DNA of 64,000 bases. It comes from an uncultured bacterium (GTDB lineage: Bacteria > Krumholzibacteriota > Krumholzibacteriia > LZORAL124-64-63). The notes below the pieces were generated by a model. The model had not been told where the DNA came from, did no database searches, and saw only the letters and a program-made list of their open reading frames with translations. The DNA is taken from contig CAVSGO010000007.1 in NCBI GenBank assembly GCA_963727525.1, forward strand, positions 1,952,001 to 2,016,000, written 5' to 3'. This document shows, one piece after another, positions 28,007 to 36,363 of this stretch (within the stretch, counting starts at the first letter, position 1; every line of letters begins with the position of its first letter). A program made the translations under genes and the position numbers.

Positions 28007-29042
28007 CTGACGTCCTCCCCCGCCCACCACGACGCCGCCCACCGCGCCGGCGCGGGCGGCGTGCGCCATCCCCGGTGGCGGGAACCGTAGCCGCCTCACC
28101 GTCATCGATGCTGCCGTTGCCTTCGGGATCGCCGTTGCGACCGGTTTCGCCGTTGCCGAGTTCGCCGCTCGGCGACCACGCGAGTTCCGCGACAGGGACG
28201 GTTTGCAGGTCACCGTCGCCGTCGAGGAGATGGATCGTCACGAGCGCCTGAACGATGTCCAGCTTGCGCACTCTGGCCGGCCGCTCGCGCCAGGTGACTG
28301 GCGCACCCACCCGTGGCATCTGCGCCAGCGCGCTCTTGTAGTCGGCGTGCTCGTACACCAGGCAGCAGCGCAGGCGACCGCACAGTCCACTCAGCTTCGA
28401 CGGGTTCAGGGACAGCTGCTGGTCCTTCGCCATGCGCAGCGACACGGTAACGAAGTCGTGCATGAACGACGCGCAGCAGCATTCGCGGCCGCAGATGCCC
28501 ACGCCGCCCTTGAGCTTGGCCTCATCGCGCACGCCGATCTGACGCAGCTCGATACGGGTGCGGAAGATGGCGGCCAGGTCGCGCACGAGCTGCCGGAAAT
28601 CGATGCGGCCCTCGGCGATGAAATAGAACGTGATCTTGTGGCCGTCGAACTGCCGCTCGGCGCCCACCAGCTCCATTGGCAGGCCATGCGCGGCGATCTT
28701 CTCGCGGCAGATCTCCTGGTCGCGCGGTTCCTCAGCCTGCTGAATGCGCAGACGAGCCACGTCCGCTTCAGAGGCCTCCGCGAGCGCGCCCTTCTGCGAC
28801 GCCTGGCGCCACCAGCGCTCCTCGCCGGGACCGCGATACGTGATCCGGCCGAGATCGCGTCCACGGTCGGCCTCGACGAAGCAGTACTGGCCCACCGCCA
28901 GCGGCAGGCCCGCGCGATTATGGTAGTAGCCCTTGCGGCTGCCCTTGAACTGGACGACGAACAGCTCGTCGACGGCTGTCGCCGGGGACGCGCCCGGGTC
29001 GTCCCGATCAGGCAGCGACGCTGGCGTGGTCGGACTGGGCAT
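27996..29042 (-). CDS. ricT: PSP1/RicT (YaaT) family Fe-S protein
   Basis: VEADRGRDLG, RIDFRQLVRDLA, RTRIELRQIGVRDEAK, GICGRECCC, KLSGLCGRLRCCL. Confidence 0.92.
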   Translation of the reverse strand: MPSPTTPASLPDRDDPGASPATAVDELFVVQFKGSRKGYYHNRAGLPLAVGQYCFVEADRGRDLGRITYRGPGEERWWRQASQKGALAEASEADVARLRIQQAEEPRDQEICREKIAAHGLPMELVGAERQFDGHKITFYFIAEGRIDFRQLVRDLAAIFRTRIELRQIGVRDEAKLKGGVGICGRECCCASFMHDFVTVSLRMAKDQQLSLNPSKLSGLCGRLRCCLVYEHADYKSALAQMPRVGAPVTWRERPARVRKLDIVQALVTIHLLDGDGDLQTVPVAELAWSPSGELGNGETGRNGDPEGNGSIDDGEAATVPATGDGARRPRRRGGRRRGGRGRTSDDR

Positions 29043-30198
29043 GGTCTATCAGCTCCTGCAGGAGCACGGCCAGACAGAGGCCGATGTTCAGATTGCCGTC
29101 TATCTCATGACGCGCGGACTCGATCCGCGCGATGTCTTCCAGCAGCGTGGGCGTGTGCCGGCCCGCGGCCACGCGCCGCAACCTTTCGGCCAGGCGCGGG
29201 TCGCGCGGTTGCCACGCGTCGCCGCGCTCGCGGCAACCCACGAGATCGGCGTGGAGCTGTGCGAGCATCTCGCAGAACAGGATGGCGCGCTGGCGTTTGC
29301 GCGCGAGGTCCTTGGCTTCGCCGCCCTTCGCGTCCCAGCTTCCTTCGCCGTCGGGCAGCGCGAGCCAGCCCGCGTGCAGACGTTCGGCCGCCACGAGTAC
29401 CTCCCCCGCGCGTTGCTCGGCCACCGCGGTGAGCACCTCGCCGGCCCAGTGCCACAGCGCCTGGGCCTCGGGCTGGAGCAGGGCGACGGCGCGGCGCGCG
29501 TTGCCGTCGGCCAGCCGCGCCGCCATCGCGGGCGCCCCGTCATCGCCCTTGTTCAGCGCGTTCAGGATGCCCACCAGCTCGTCCACGGGATAGGGTTCGA
29601 AGCTCACGCGCTGACAACGCGAGAGGATCGTGGGCAGCATGCTCGCCAGGTTGCTCGTGACCAGCACGATGAGCGAGCGCGGCGGCGGCTCCTCGAGAGT
29701 CTTGAGAAACGCGTTGGCGGCCGCCTTGCCCAGCCGGTGCGCGTCGGCCACGATGGCCACGCGCCAGCGTCCCTGGAACGCCTGGCGGCGCAGGAACTGG
29801 ATGAGGGCGCGAATGGTCAGCGGCCGCGGATCGTCCGGGTCGCCGATGAGCACCTGGCTCGAGGCGGCAAAGTCGGGCTGGTAGAACGGATTGGCGATCT
29901 TCGCCTCGAACAGCGTGCGGGTGCCGGCAAGATCGATGCTCGCCGGAGCGGGTCCGATCCAGCGGATGTCGGGGTGCTGGAAGGTGAGAGCCTTGGTGCA
30001 GCTTTCGCAGCGGTGTTCGGGCGTGCATCGGTCGGGGGCGATGCAGTTGAGCCGCCGCGCGATCTCGAGGGCGGTGGTTTCCTTGCCGGCGCCCTCGGGC
30101 CCCACGAAGAGATAGGGCACACCCGCCTCGCCGGCGGCGAGCAGAGCCGTGAGACGGTCGGCGATCGCCTGCCTACCGAGGAAGTGCTGTGAGCCCAA
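29008..30198 (-). CDS. holB: DNA polymerase III subunit delta'
   Basis: YLFVGPEGAGKE, zinc site LNC...C...CESC, HPD, AANAFLKTLEEPP, LPTILSRCQ. Confidence 0.93.
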   Translation of the reverse strand: MGSQHFLGRQAIADRLTALLAAGEAGVPYLFVGPEGAGKETTALEIARRLNCIAPDRCTPEHRCESCTKALTFQHPDIRWIGPAPASIDLAGTRTLFEAKIANPFYQPDFAASSQVLIGDPDDPRPLTIRALIQFLRRQAFQGRWRVAIVADAHRLGKAAANAFLKTLEEPPPRSLIVLVTSNLASMLPTILSRCQRVSFEPYPVDELVGILNALNKGDDGAPAMAARLADGNARRAVALLQPEAQALWHWAGEVLTAVAEQRAGEVLVAAERLHAGWLALPDGEGSWDAKGGEAKDLARKRQRAILFCEMLAQLHADLVGCRERGDAWQPRDPRLAERLRRVAAGRHTPTLLEDIARIESARHEIDGNLNIGLCLAVLLQELIDHAQSDHASVAA

Positions 30199-30264
30199 GA
30201 ATCGACCCCCGGACGGGACCGCGAGGGTCCCAGGCTCGCCGCCGGCCGGGGGCTGCCCAGCCGT

Positions 30265-31488
30265 CTAGGGTGCGGCCTTCAACCAGGTCATGGGGTCCAG
30301 CGGATCCCGGCCCTGGCGTATCTCGAAGTATAGCTGGGGCTTATCCCCTCCGGTACCCGAGCCGAGTTCGGCGAGCACCTGCCCCTGGCTCACGTCACGC
30401 CCCTTGCTGACAAAGACGCGTGCCAGGTTGGCATAGAGCGTATACTGCCCTGCGCCGTGGTCAAGGATAACGCACAGGCCGAACCCGGGCAAACGTTCGG
30501 CGAATTCGACGGTTCCGGGTGCGACGGCATACACGGGCGACCCCTCGCCGGCCGCGATCCCGATGCCGTTGCTCACGGTGACGGTCTTGAACTGCGGATG
30601 CACATGCCGCCCGAACTTCTGGACGATCTCGCCCGATACCGGCCAGTCGAGGTCGCCCTGGCGCCCGGCCAGGCGTCCGGCCGTCACCGCCCCCGCGTCG
30701 CCGCCACCGGACGGCGTCGGCGGCGTGGCCTTGCGCCTCTCCTCGAGCTGGGCCAGCACGTCGAGCAGCTTCTTCTCCCGACGCTGCAGGTCCTGCAGCG
30801 CGCGGGCCGTCTGCCGCTTCTGCTTCTTGAGCTCGCGTACCAGCCCCCGGCGCTCGGCCTGGAGCACCGTGAGCCGCTCGCGCTGGCCCGTGGCCTCCTC
30901 GCGCGATTCCCAGATGCCGACCAGGGCCACTTGCAGCTCGCGCTGCTCGGCCGCGATGGTCTCGCGCTGCTGCCGCGTCCGGTCCACGAGGGTGCCGTCG
31001 AGGCGCGCCACCATCGCCGTGAAGCGCAGCCGGGCCACCAGCGTGGAGAAACTCTGCGACGTGAGGATGAGGTCGAGATCCTGCTGCGGCCCGCGCATGG
31101 CCAGGGCGCGCAGCCTCTGCGCCAGCACGGCCTTGCGCTGCTCGTAGTTCTCGGTGTGCTGGGCGACCCGCACCTGCAGACTGTCGCGCTGCGCCGCCAG
31201 CAGCTGCTCGCGCTGGTCGAGACCGCCGACCAGCTCCTGAAGGAGCTGCTCCTCGCGCGCCACCTGGGTAAGCGCTTTCTCGGCATCGGCCTCGCGCGTG
31301 GTGATGGAGTCGAGCTCGGAACGGGTGGTCTTGATCTGCGCGCGCAGGGCGTCGAGATCCTCGGCGCTGGCCTTCACCTCGTTGCCGAGAGGGATGAGTT
31401 CGTCGGTCGCGAGGTCCCCGCTCGACGTCTGGGCGAGCGCCCAGCCGACGGCCAGCAGCAGACTCGCAAGGATCAGCGCCCGCCGCAT
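30265..31488 (-). CDS. envC: Murein hydrolase activator EnvC (coiled coil plus degenerate M23 domain)
   Basis: Signal peptide, coiled coil, LDWPVSG, NGIGI, GFGLCVILDHG, LYFEIR; follows ftsEX. Confidence 0.88.
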   Translation of the reverse strand: MRRALILASLLLAVGWALAQTSSGDLATDELIPLGNEVKASAEDLDALRAQIKTTRSELDSITTREADAEKALTQVAREEQLLQELVGGLDQREQLLAAQRDSLQVRVAQHTENYEQRKAVLAQRLRALAMRGPQQDLDLILTSQSFSTLVARLRFTAMVARLDGTLVDRTRQQRETIAAEQRELQVALVGIWESREEATGQRERLTVLQAERRGLVRELKKQKRQTARALQDLQRREKKLLDVLAQLEERRKATPPTPSGGGDAGAVTAGRLAGRQGDLDWPVSGEIVQKFGRHVHPQFKTVTVSNGIGIAAGEGSPVYAVAPGTVEFAERLPGFGLCVILDHGAGQYTLYANLARVFVSKGRDVSQGQVLAELGSGTGGDKPQLYFEIRQGRDPLDPMTWLKAAP

Positions 31489-31493
31489 CGCGA

Positions 31494-32375
31494 TCACGCG
31501 TCCTTCATGTGGAGGTACTTGCGCATGGCGGCCCAGCTCCCCAGCAACCCCAGCCCCACGCACAGCACCACGAAACCGGCGATCTGCGCCGGCGTGAAGA
31601 AGATGATGTCCTGCAGGCGTCCCGCCACGAGGCGATGCCCCACGGCGAGCGCGCCCATGGCGATCGCTCCGGCGAGCACGCCCTCGAGCACGCCTTCCAC
31701 CAGGAACGGCGTGCGGATGAACGCATTGGTGGCGCCCACCAGCTTCTGGATCTCGATCACCCGCGCCGACGACGCCATCGTGAGACGTACCGTGTTGGAG
31801 ATCACGAAGACCGCGGCCACGAGCGCGATGAGCGACACCACCAGGCTCGCCCACTGGAAGATCCGGTTCCAGCGTTCGAGCGTGAGCACCCAGCCCTTGC
31901 TGTAGACGATGTCTTCCACCTCGGGCCAGCGCTTCACCTCCTCGCTGATGCGCGCCACCGCCTGGCTCGTGCGCGCCGACGGCTCCAGCTCCAGATGGTA
32001 GCTCGCGGGCAGCGGGTTCTCATCGAGCAGGTCGATCACGTCGGCGTCATCGCCCAGCTCGCTGCGCAGCTCGGCCAGAGCCTGGTCCTTGGTGATGAAG
32101 TGGGCCGACTGCACGCCCGGGATCGATACCAGGTTCGGCTGCAGGGCTGCCAGGCGCGCGTCGTCGAGGCTGTCCACCAGGAACACGCGCAGGTCGATGC
32201 CCCCGCGCGCGCGCTCGAGCAGGCCGCCCAGGTTCAGCGTCACCAGCACGAAGAGGGCGAGCACGAGCAGGGACGAGCCCATGATCAGGATCGTGACACC
32301 GGTGGTTAATTTGCGCCGGTGGAAGCCGGCCACCGACTCCCGGGCGAGGTACTGCAGTTGCGCGGCTCTAAGCAT
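31494..32375 (-). CDS. ftsX: Cell division permease FtsX
   Basis: ENPLPAS, ISNTVRL, EIQKLVGATNAFIRTPFLVEG. Confidence 0.93.
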   Translation of the reverse strand: MLRAAQLQYLARESVAGFHRRKLTTGVTILIMGSSLLVLALFVLVTLNLGGLLERARGGIDLRVFLVDSLDDARLAALQPNLVSIPGVQSAHFITKDQALAELRSELGDDADVIDLLDENPLPASYHLELEPSARTSQAVARISEEVKRWPEVEDIVYSKGWVLTLERWNRIFQWASLVVSLIALVAAVFVISNTVRLTMASSARVIEIQKLVGATNAFIRTPFLVEGVLEGVLAGAIAMGALAVGHRLVAGRLQDIIFFTPAQIAGFVVLCVGLGLLGSWAAMRKYLHMKDA

Positions 32376-33189
32376 GGTCGCGGATCTCCTGCGGCGCACC
32401 CGTGGCGTCCGTTTCGGGCCGGTACATGCGCTGGTCCAGGCGCCGGGCCTCATTGCGGTCGGGCACGCGGCGCTCGATGTCCGACACCACCTTGCCGTCC
32501 TGTACCACCATCACGCGCTGGCCGAAGGTCTTGACGATGGCGTGGTCGTGGGTGCTGAAGAGCACGCACGTACCGCCCTCGTTGATGCGGAAGAGCAGGT
32601 CGATGATCTCCTGCGCCACCACGGGATCGAGATTGCCGGTGGGCTCGTCGGCCAGCAGGATCTTGGGGCTGTTCACCATGGCCCGCGCGATCGCCACGCG
32701 CTGCTGCTCGCCGCCGCTGAGCTGGCGCGGCAGACGCCGCCGTTTATCCCACAGGCCAACCTGCGTGAGCACCCGCATCACGTTCTTCTTGATGTCGCGG
32801 CCGGGCACGCCCACGCATAGCTGGGCGAAGGCCACATTGTCGTACACGTCGCGATCTTCCAGGAGCCGGAAATCCTGGAACACGTACCCGATCTCGCGCC
32901 GCAGCAACGGGATGCGCTTGCGCTGCATCTTGGTGGAGACCATGCCGCGCACGATGACCTGACCCTGGGTGGGGAACAGGTCCATGGTGATCAGCCGCAG
33001 GATGCTGCTCTTGCCGGCCCCGCTGGGCCCGGTGAGGCACACGAACTCGCCGTTGCTGATCGAGATATTGACGTCGTCCAGCGCCGTCTGATCGCGATAG
33101 CGCAGGGACACGTGGTAGAATCCGATGACCGTGCGGGGATCGAGCGGACCCTTATAGATCTTGCTGTCGACCTTCACTGGCGCCTCCAT
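32368..33189 (-). CDS. ftsE: Cell division ATP-binding protein FtsE
   Basis: GPSGAGKS, IPLLRREIGYVFQDFRLL, LSGGEQQRVAIARA, LADEPTGNLDP. Confidence 0.95.
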   Translation of the reverse strand: MEAPVKVDSKIYKGPLDPRTVIGFYHVSLRYRDQTALDDVNISISNGEFVCLTGPSGAGKSSILRLITMDLFPTQGQVIVRGMVSTKMQRKRIPLLRREIGYVFQDFRLLEDRDVYDNVAFAQLCVGVPGRDIKKNVMRVLTQVGLWDKRRRLPRQLSGGEQQRVAIARAMVNSPKILLADEPTGNLDPVVAQEIIDLLFRINEGGTCVLFSTHDHAIVKTFGQRVMVVQDGKVVSDIERRVPDRNEARRLDQRMYRPETDATGAPQEIRDHA

Positions 33190-33289
33190 GGCGGCATCGG
33201 GCGAGCGTCCTTGCCGCCACGACCTGCATTATGAGCACATTCCATGCCTCGGCGCCAGTCCCGGCACGCGGCGTGCATCTCCCGCGGCC

Positions 33290-34843
33290 ATGAACGCCAA
33301 ACTCTCCCTCTGCCTCATCGTTCGCGACGAGGCGGCAATGCTGCCCGATTTTCTGGCGGCCGTCGCCGGCCTCTGGGACGAACTCTGCGTGGCCGACACC
33401 GGCTCCACCGACGACTCGGTGCCCCTGCTCGAGGCCGCCGGCGCCCGCGTGGAGTCCTTCCCCTGGTGCGACGACTTCGCCGCTGCCCGCAACGCCAGCC
33501 TGGCCATGGCCACGGGCGACTGGGTGCTCTTCCTCGACGCCGACGAGCGACCGACGCCCGAGCTGCGGTCCGACATCCGCGCCCTGCTCGGCGACCCCGG
33601 CGCCGGCGCTGCCACGGTGGTCATGTGCAACGCACTGCCCCACGGCCACGTGCGCGAGTCGCGCCTGCTGCGGCTGTTCCGGCGTGACCCGGCGATCCGC
33701 TTCACGCACCGCATCCACGAGGAGGTGTCGACCGCGGTGGGCGCCATGCTCACACACACCGGCCGCCGGCTCGTGCACCTCGACGGACGCGTGCAACACC
33801 TGGGCTACGTGCGCCAGGTCGCCACCTCGCGGTCGAAGAAGGAACGAGACAGCACCCTGCTGCAAGCTTGCGTCCAGGAGGACCCGCGCGACTGGTATAG
33901 CTGGTACAAGCTGCTCGAACTCGCCCGCTTCTGGCAGGACGATGCGATGGCCTTCGAGACCGCCGCCGCCGTGGCCCCGCGCCTGCCCGTCGCCGACCTC
34001 CACGGCCAGCCCTGGGGCGGCGAGTTCCTCACGCTGGTGGCGCAGGGTCTCGGCGGTGACGCAGCCGCGCAACTGAAGCGCCTCGACGCCTGGTGCAAGC
34101 TGGCCGACCCCTCCCCCTCCTGGCACCTGCGGCGCGGCATGCTGTGGGAGGCCCGCGGCGACCTGGCCCGCGCCAGCCGCGAGTTCGCCTCGTGCCTCGG
34201 CCTGCCGCCGGCCGCCGACCCCTCGCTCACCACCGTGCGCCCCCACCTCGGACTGTGCCGCGTGGTCGCCGCCTCGGGCAACATCGCGGCCGCCATCCAG
34301 CACATCGACCAGGCGCTGAGCTTCAATCCTCGCGATCCGGAGGCCCTGCACGCCGGTGTGGCGTTCGCCTGGCTGTCCGGCAAGGAGACCGCGCTCGCGA
34401 AGTTTCTCAAGAAACACCCCGCGAGCGATGAGCTCTCCCTCGCCACCGGCGAGCAGTTCCTGCGTGCCGGCCTATGGGACGAGGCCTGCCGCTATCTCGC
34501 CCGCGCCGCGGGCTCGCCCCCGCAGGGACATCCCGCGCTCCTTCTCGCCAGGGCCGAGCTCGGCCGTGGCGACGCCGCCCGCGCCCTTGCCATCTGCCAG
34601 CGGATCGCCCACGACACGCCCGCCGCCACCCTCGGCGCAGTGACCTGCGCCCTCGCCCTCGGCGCCACCATCGAGCTGACGGTGAACCTCGAAGCCGCCG
34701 CCGCCGAGAAAGCCTTTCGCGAGTGGATCGACGTGCTCATCCGCGGGCGCAGCGAGTCGCTCATGCACGCGTTCGGCATCCACTGCGTTGCCGTGCTCGA
34801 CGTGTTCCCGTGGCTGGAGGAGTTCGCGGTGGTCACGACCTAG
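33290..34843 (+). CDS. Glycosyltransferase family 2 with TPR-like C-terminus
   Basis: LSLCLIVRDEA, ADTGSTDDS, WCDDFAAARN, WVLFLDADE, RIHE, HLGY. Confidence 0.9.
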   Translation: MNAKLSLCLIVRDEAAMLPDFLAAVAGLWDELCVADTGSTDDSVPLLEAAGARVESFPWCDDFAAARNASLAMATGDWVLFLDADERPTPELRSDIRALLGDPGAGAATVVMCNALPHGHVRESRLLRLFRRDPAIRFTHRIHEEVSTAVGAMLTHTGRRLVHLDGRVQHLGYVRQVATSRSKKERDSTLLQACVQEDPRDWYSWYKLLELARFWQDDAMAFETAAAVAPRLPVADLHGQPWGGEFLTLVAQGLGGDAAAQLKRLDAWCKLADPSPSWHLRRGMLWEARGDLARASREFASCLGLPPAADPSLTTVRPHLGLCRVVAASGNIAAAIQHIDQALSFNPRDPEALHAGVAFAWLSGKETALAKFLKKHPASDELSLATGEQFLRAGLWDEACRYLARAAGSPPQGHPALLLARAELGRGDAARALAICQRIAHDTPAATLGAVTCALALGATIELTVNLEAAAAEKAFREWIDVLIRGRSESLMHAFGIHCVAVLDVFPWLEEFAVVTT

Positions 34844-34958
34844 CCCGTGGTGTCGGCACCACGCGGACCTGCCCACGGAACCTGGCGCGATCGCCGCTGT
34901 TAGGCAGCGCGCTCACGGCGAACGCCCAACCGATCCCCGGATTCAGAAGGTCGAGCCC

Positions 34959-36050
34959 ATGCCGCACGCCTCCTCGCGCCGTTCGAGACGCTTCCTGGCG
35001 TTCGCGCTCATCCTCGCTTCTACCAGCGCGGCTCGAGCCGATCACGGCTTTTCCACGCCCGTGCCGCGGCCCGCCTGTCCGGATACCACGACCCAGGTCG
35101 GCGGCTACCTGCGCGAGATCTTCCAGGACACGCACGGCGACCTCTGGTTCGGCACCCTCCAGATGGGCGTGGCCCGTTTCGACGGCAAGGCACTCGCCTA
35201 CTTCACGAAGCGGGACAGCCTGGCCGGCAATCAGATCAACGGCATTGCGCAGGACGCCGAAGGCGACCTCTGGTTCGCCACCACGGAGGGCGTCTCCCGT
35301 TACGACGGCCGGACCTTCACCACATTCACCACGAGCGACGGCCTCGCGTCCAATAGCGCGTGGAGCATCCTGGCCGACAGCGCAGGACATGTGTGGGTGG
35401 GCACGATGGGCGGCGTCAGCCGCTTTGACGGCACGTCGTTCACGAGCTTTTCGCTTCCCGAACCCGACGGTGAAACACGCTACACCCGGTTCTCCACCGA
35501 CCTGGTCTGGTGCATGATCGAGGACCACCACGGTGACATCTGGTTCGCAACGGACGGCCTCGGCGCCTATCGCTGGGACGGCGAAGCGTTCGCGCACTAC
35601 ACGCGGAACGACGGCCTCGCCAGCGATGACGTGACGGCTCTCATCGAGGACACCCACGGGAACATCTGGTTCGGTTGCTGGGAAACCCGCGCACCGGAGC
35701 GCCCAGGATCTTACAAGTTCGTCGACACGCGCGACGGTGGTCTCAGCCGTTTCGATGGAAGTACGATCACGACCTTCGCGGACACCGACGGCATCGCCGG
35801 CGAGAACATCGGCCCCCTCTACCAGGATCGTGCCGGCGCCATCTGGATCGCGTCCATGCACGCCGGCCTATTTCGCTACGACGGCCAGACGTTCACGAAC
35901 GTGACGGAACAGCAGGGGTATACAAACAACTGCATCCAGAGCATCCTCGAAGCAAGGGATGGCACGATGTGGGTCGGCTTCTCGGGCGGGCTGTTCCGCC
36001 TCGACGGCCCGGCGTTGGTGAATGTGACGCGCGAAGCGCTGACCGAATGA
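34959..36050 (+). CDS. Secreted ligand-binding beta-propeller protein (two-component regulator propeller repeats)
   Basis: Signal peptide; repeated IxxDxxGxLWFxTxxGVxRFDGxxFxxF...DGLxxN units. Confidence 0.88.
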   Translation: MPHASSRRSRRFLAFALILASTSAARADHGFSTPVPRPACPDTTTQVGGYLREIFQDTHGDLWFGTLQMGVARFDGKALAYFTKRDSLAGNQINGIAQDAEGDLWFATTEGVSRYDGRTFTTFTTSDGLASNSAWSILADSAGHVWVGTMGGVSRFDGTSFTSFSLPEPDGETRYTRFSTDLVWCMIEDHHGDIWFATDGLGAYRWDGEAFAHYTRNDGLASDDVTALIEDTHGNIWFGCWETRAPERPGSYKFVDTRDGGLSRFDGSTITTFADTDGIAGENIGPLYQDRAGAIWIASMHAGLFRYDGQTFTNVTEQQGYTNNCIQSILEARDGTMWVGFSGGLFRLDGPALVNVTREALTE

Positions 36051-36363
36051 CTTGCCAACGCGTCCCGCCACCGCGGAATCCCGGCCACCGATCGCTGCCC
36101 ATGATGGCGACGGCACCAGCTCGCCAGGACGCTGCAAAGACATGTTTTGGACGGTTTCTCACCCACACGGTATCTCTCACGAACTTCGCCATCTCGCCAC
36201 ACATTCGAGACGCGATTAGGATATGAATTCGATGGTCCTACTTCCGGCACGCTCACGAGGTCGCGCCACACGGCCGGCCGGCCGTTGCTCTGGCGTCTGG
36301 TCCGGGAGCTTCCCGAGGACCTGTTCTTGCGCGGCCGCACGGCCGAGGAAGGATGACTGCATC

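Noticed and set aside
35100..36030. Recurring DNA similarity (TGGTTC...GACGGC units) that could suggest an array
   Set aside because: Explained by beta-propeller protein repeats; no identical repeats with unique spacers
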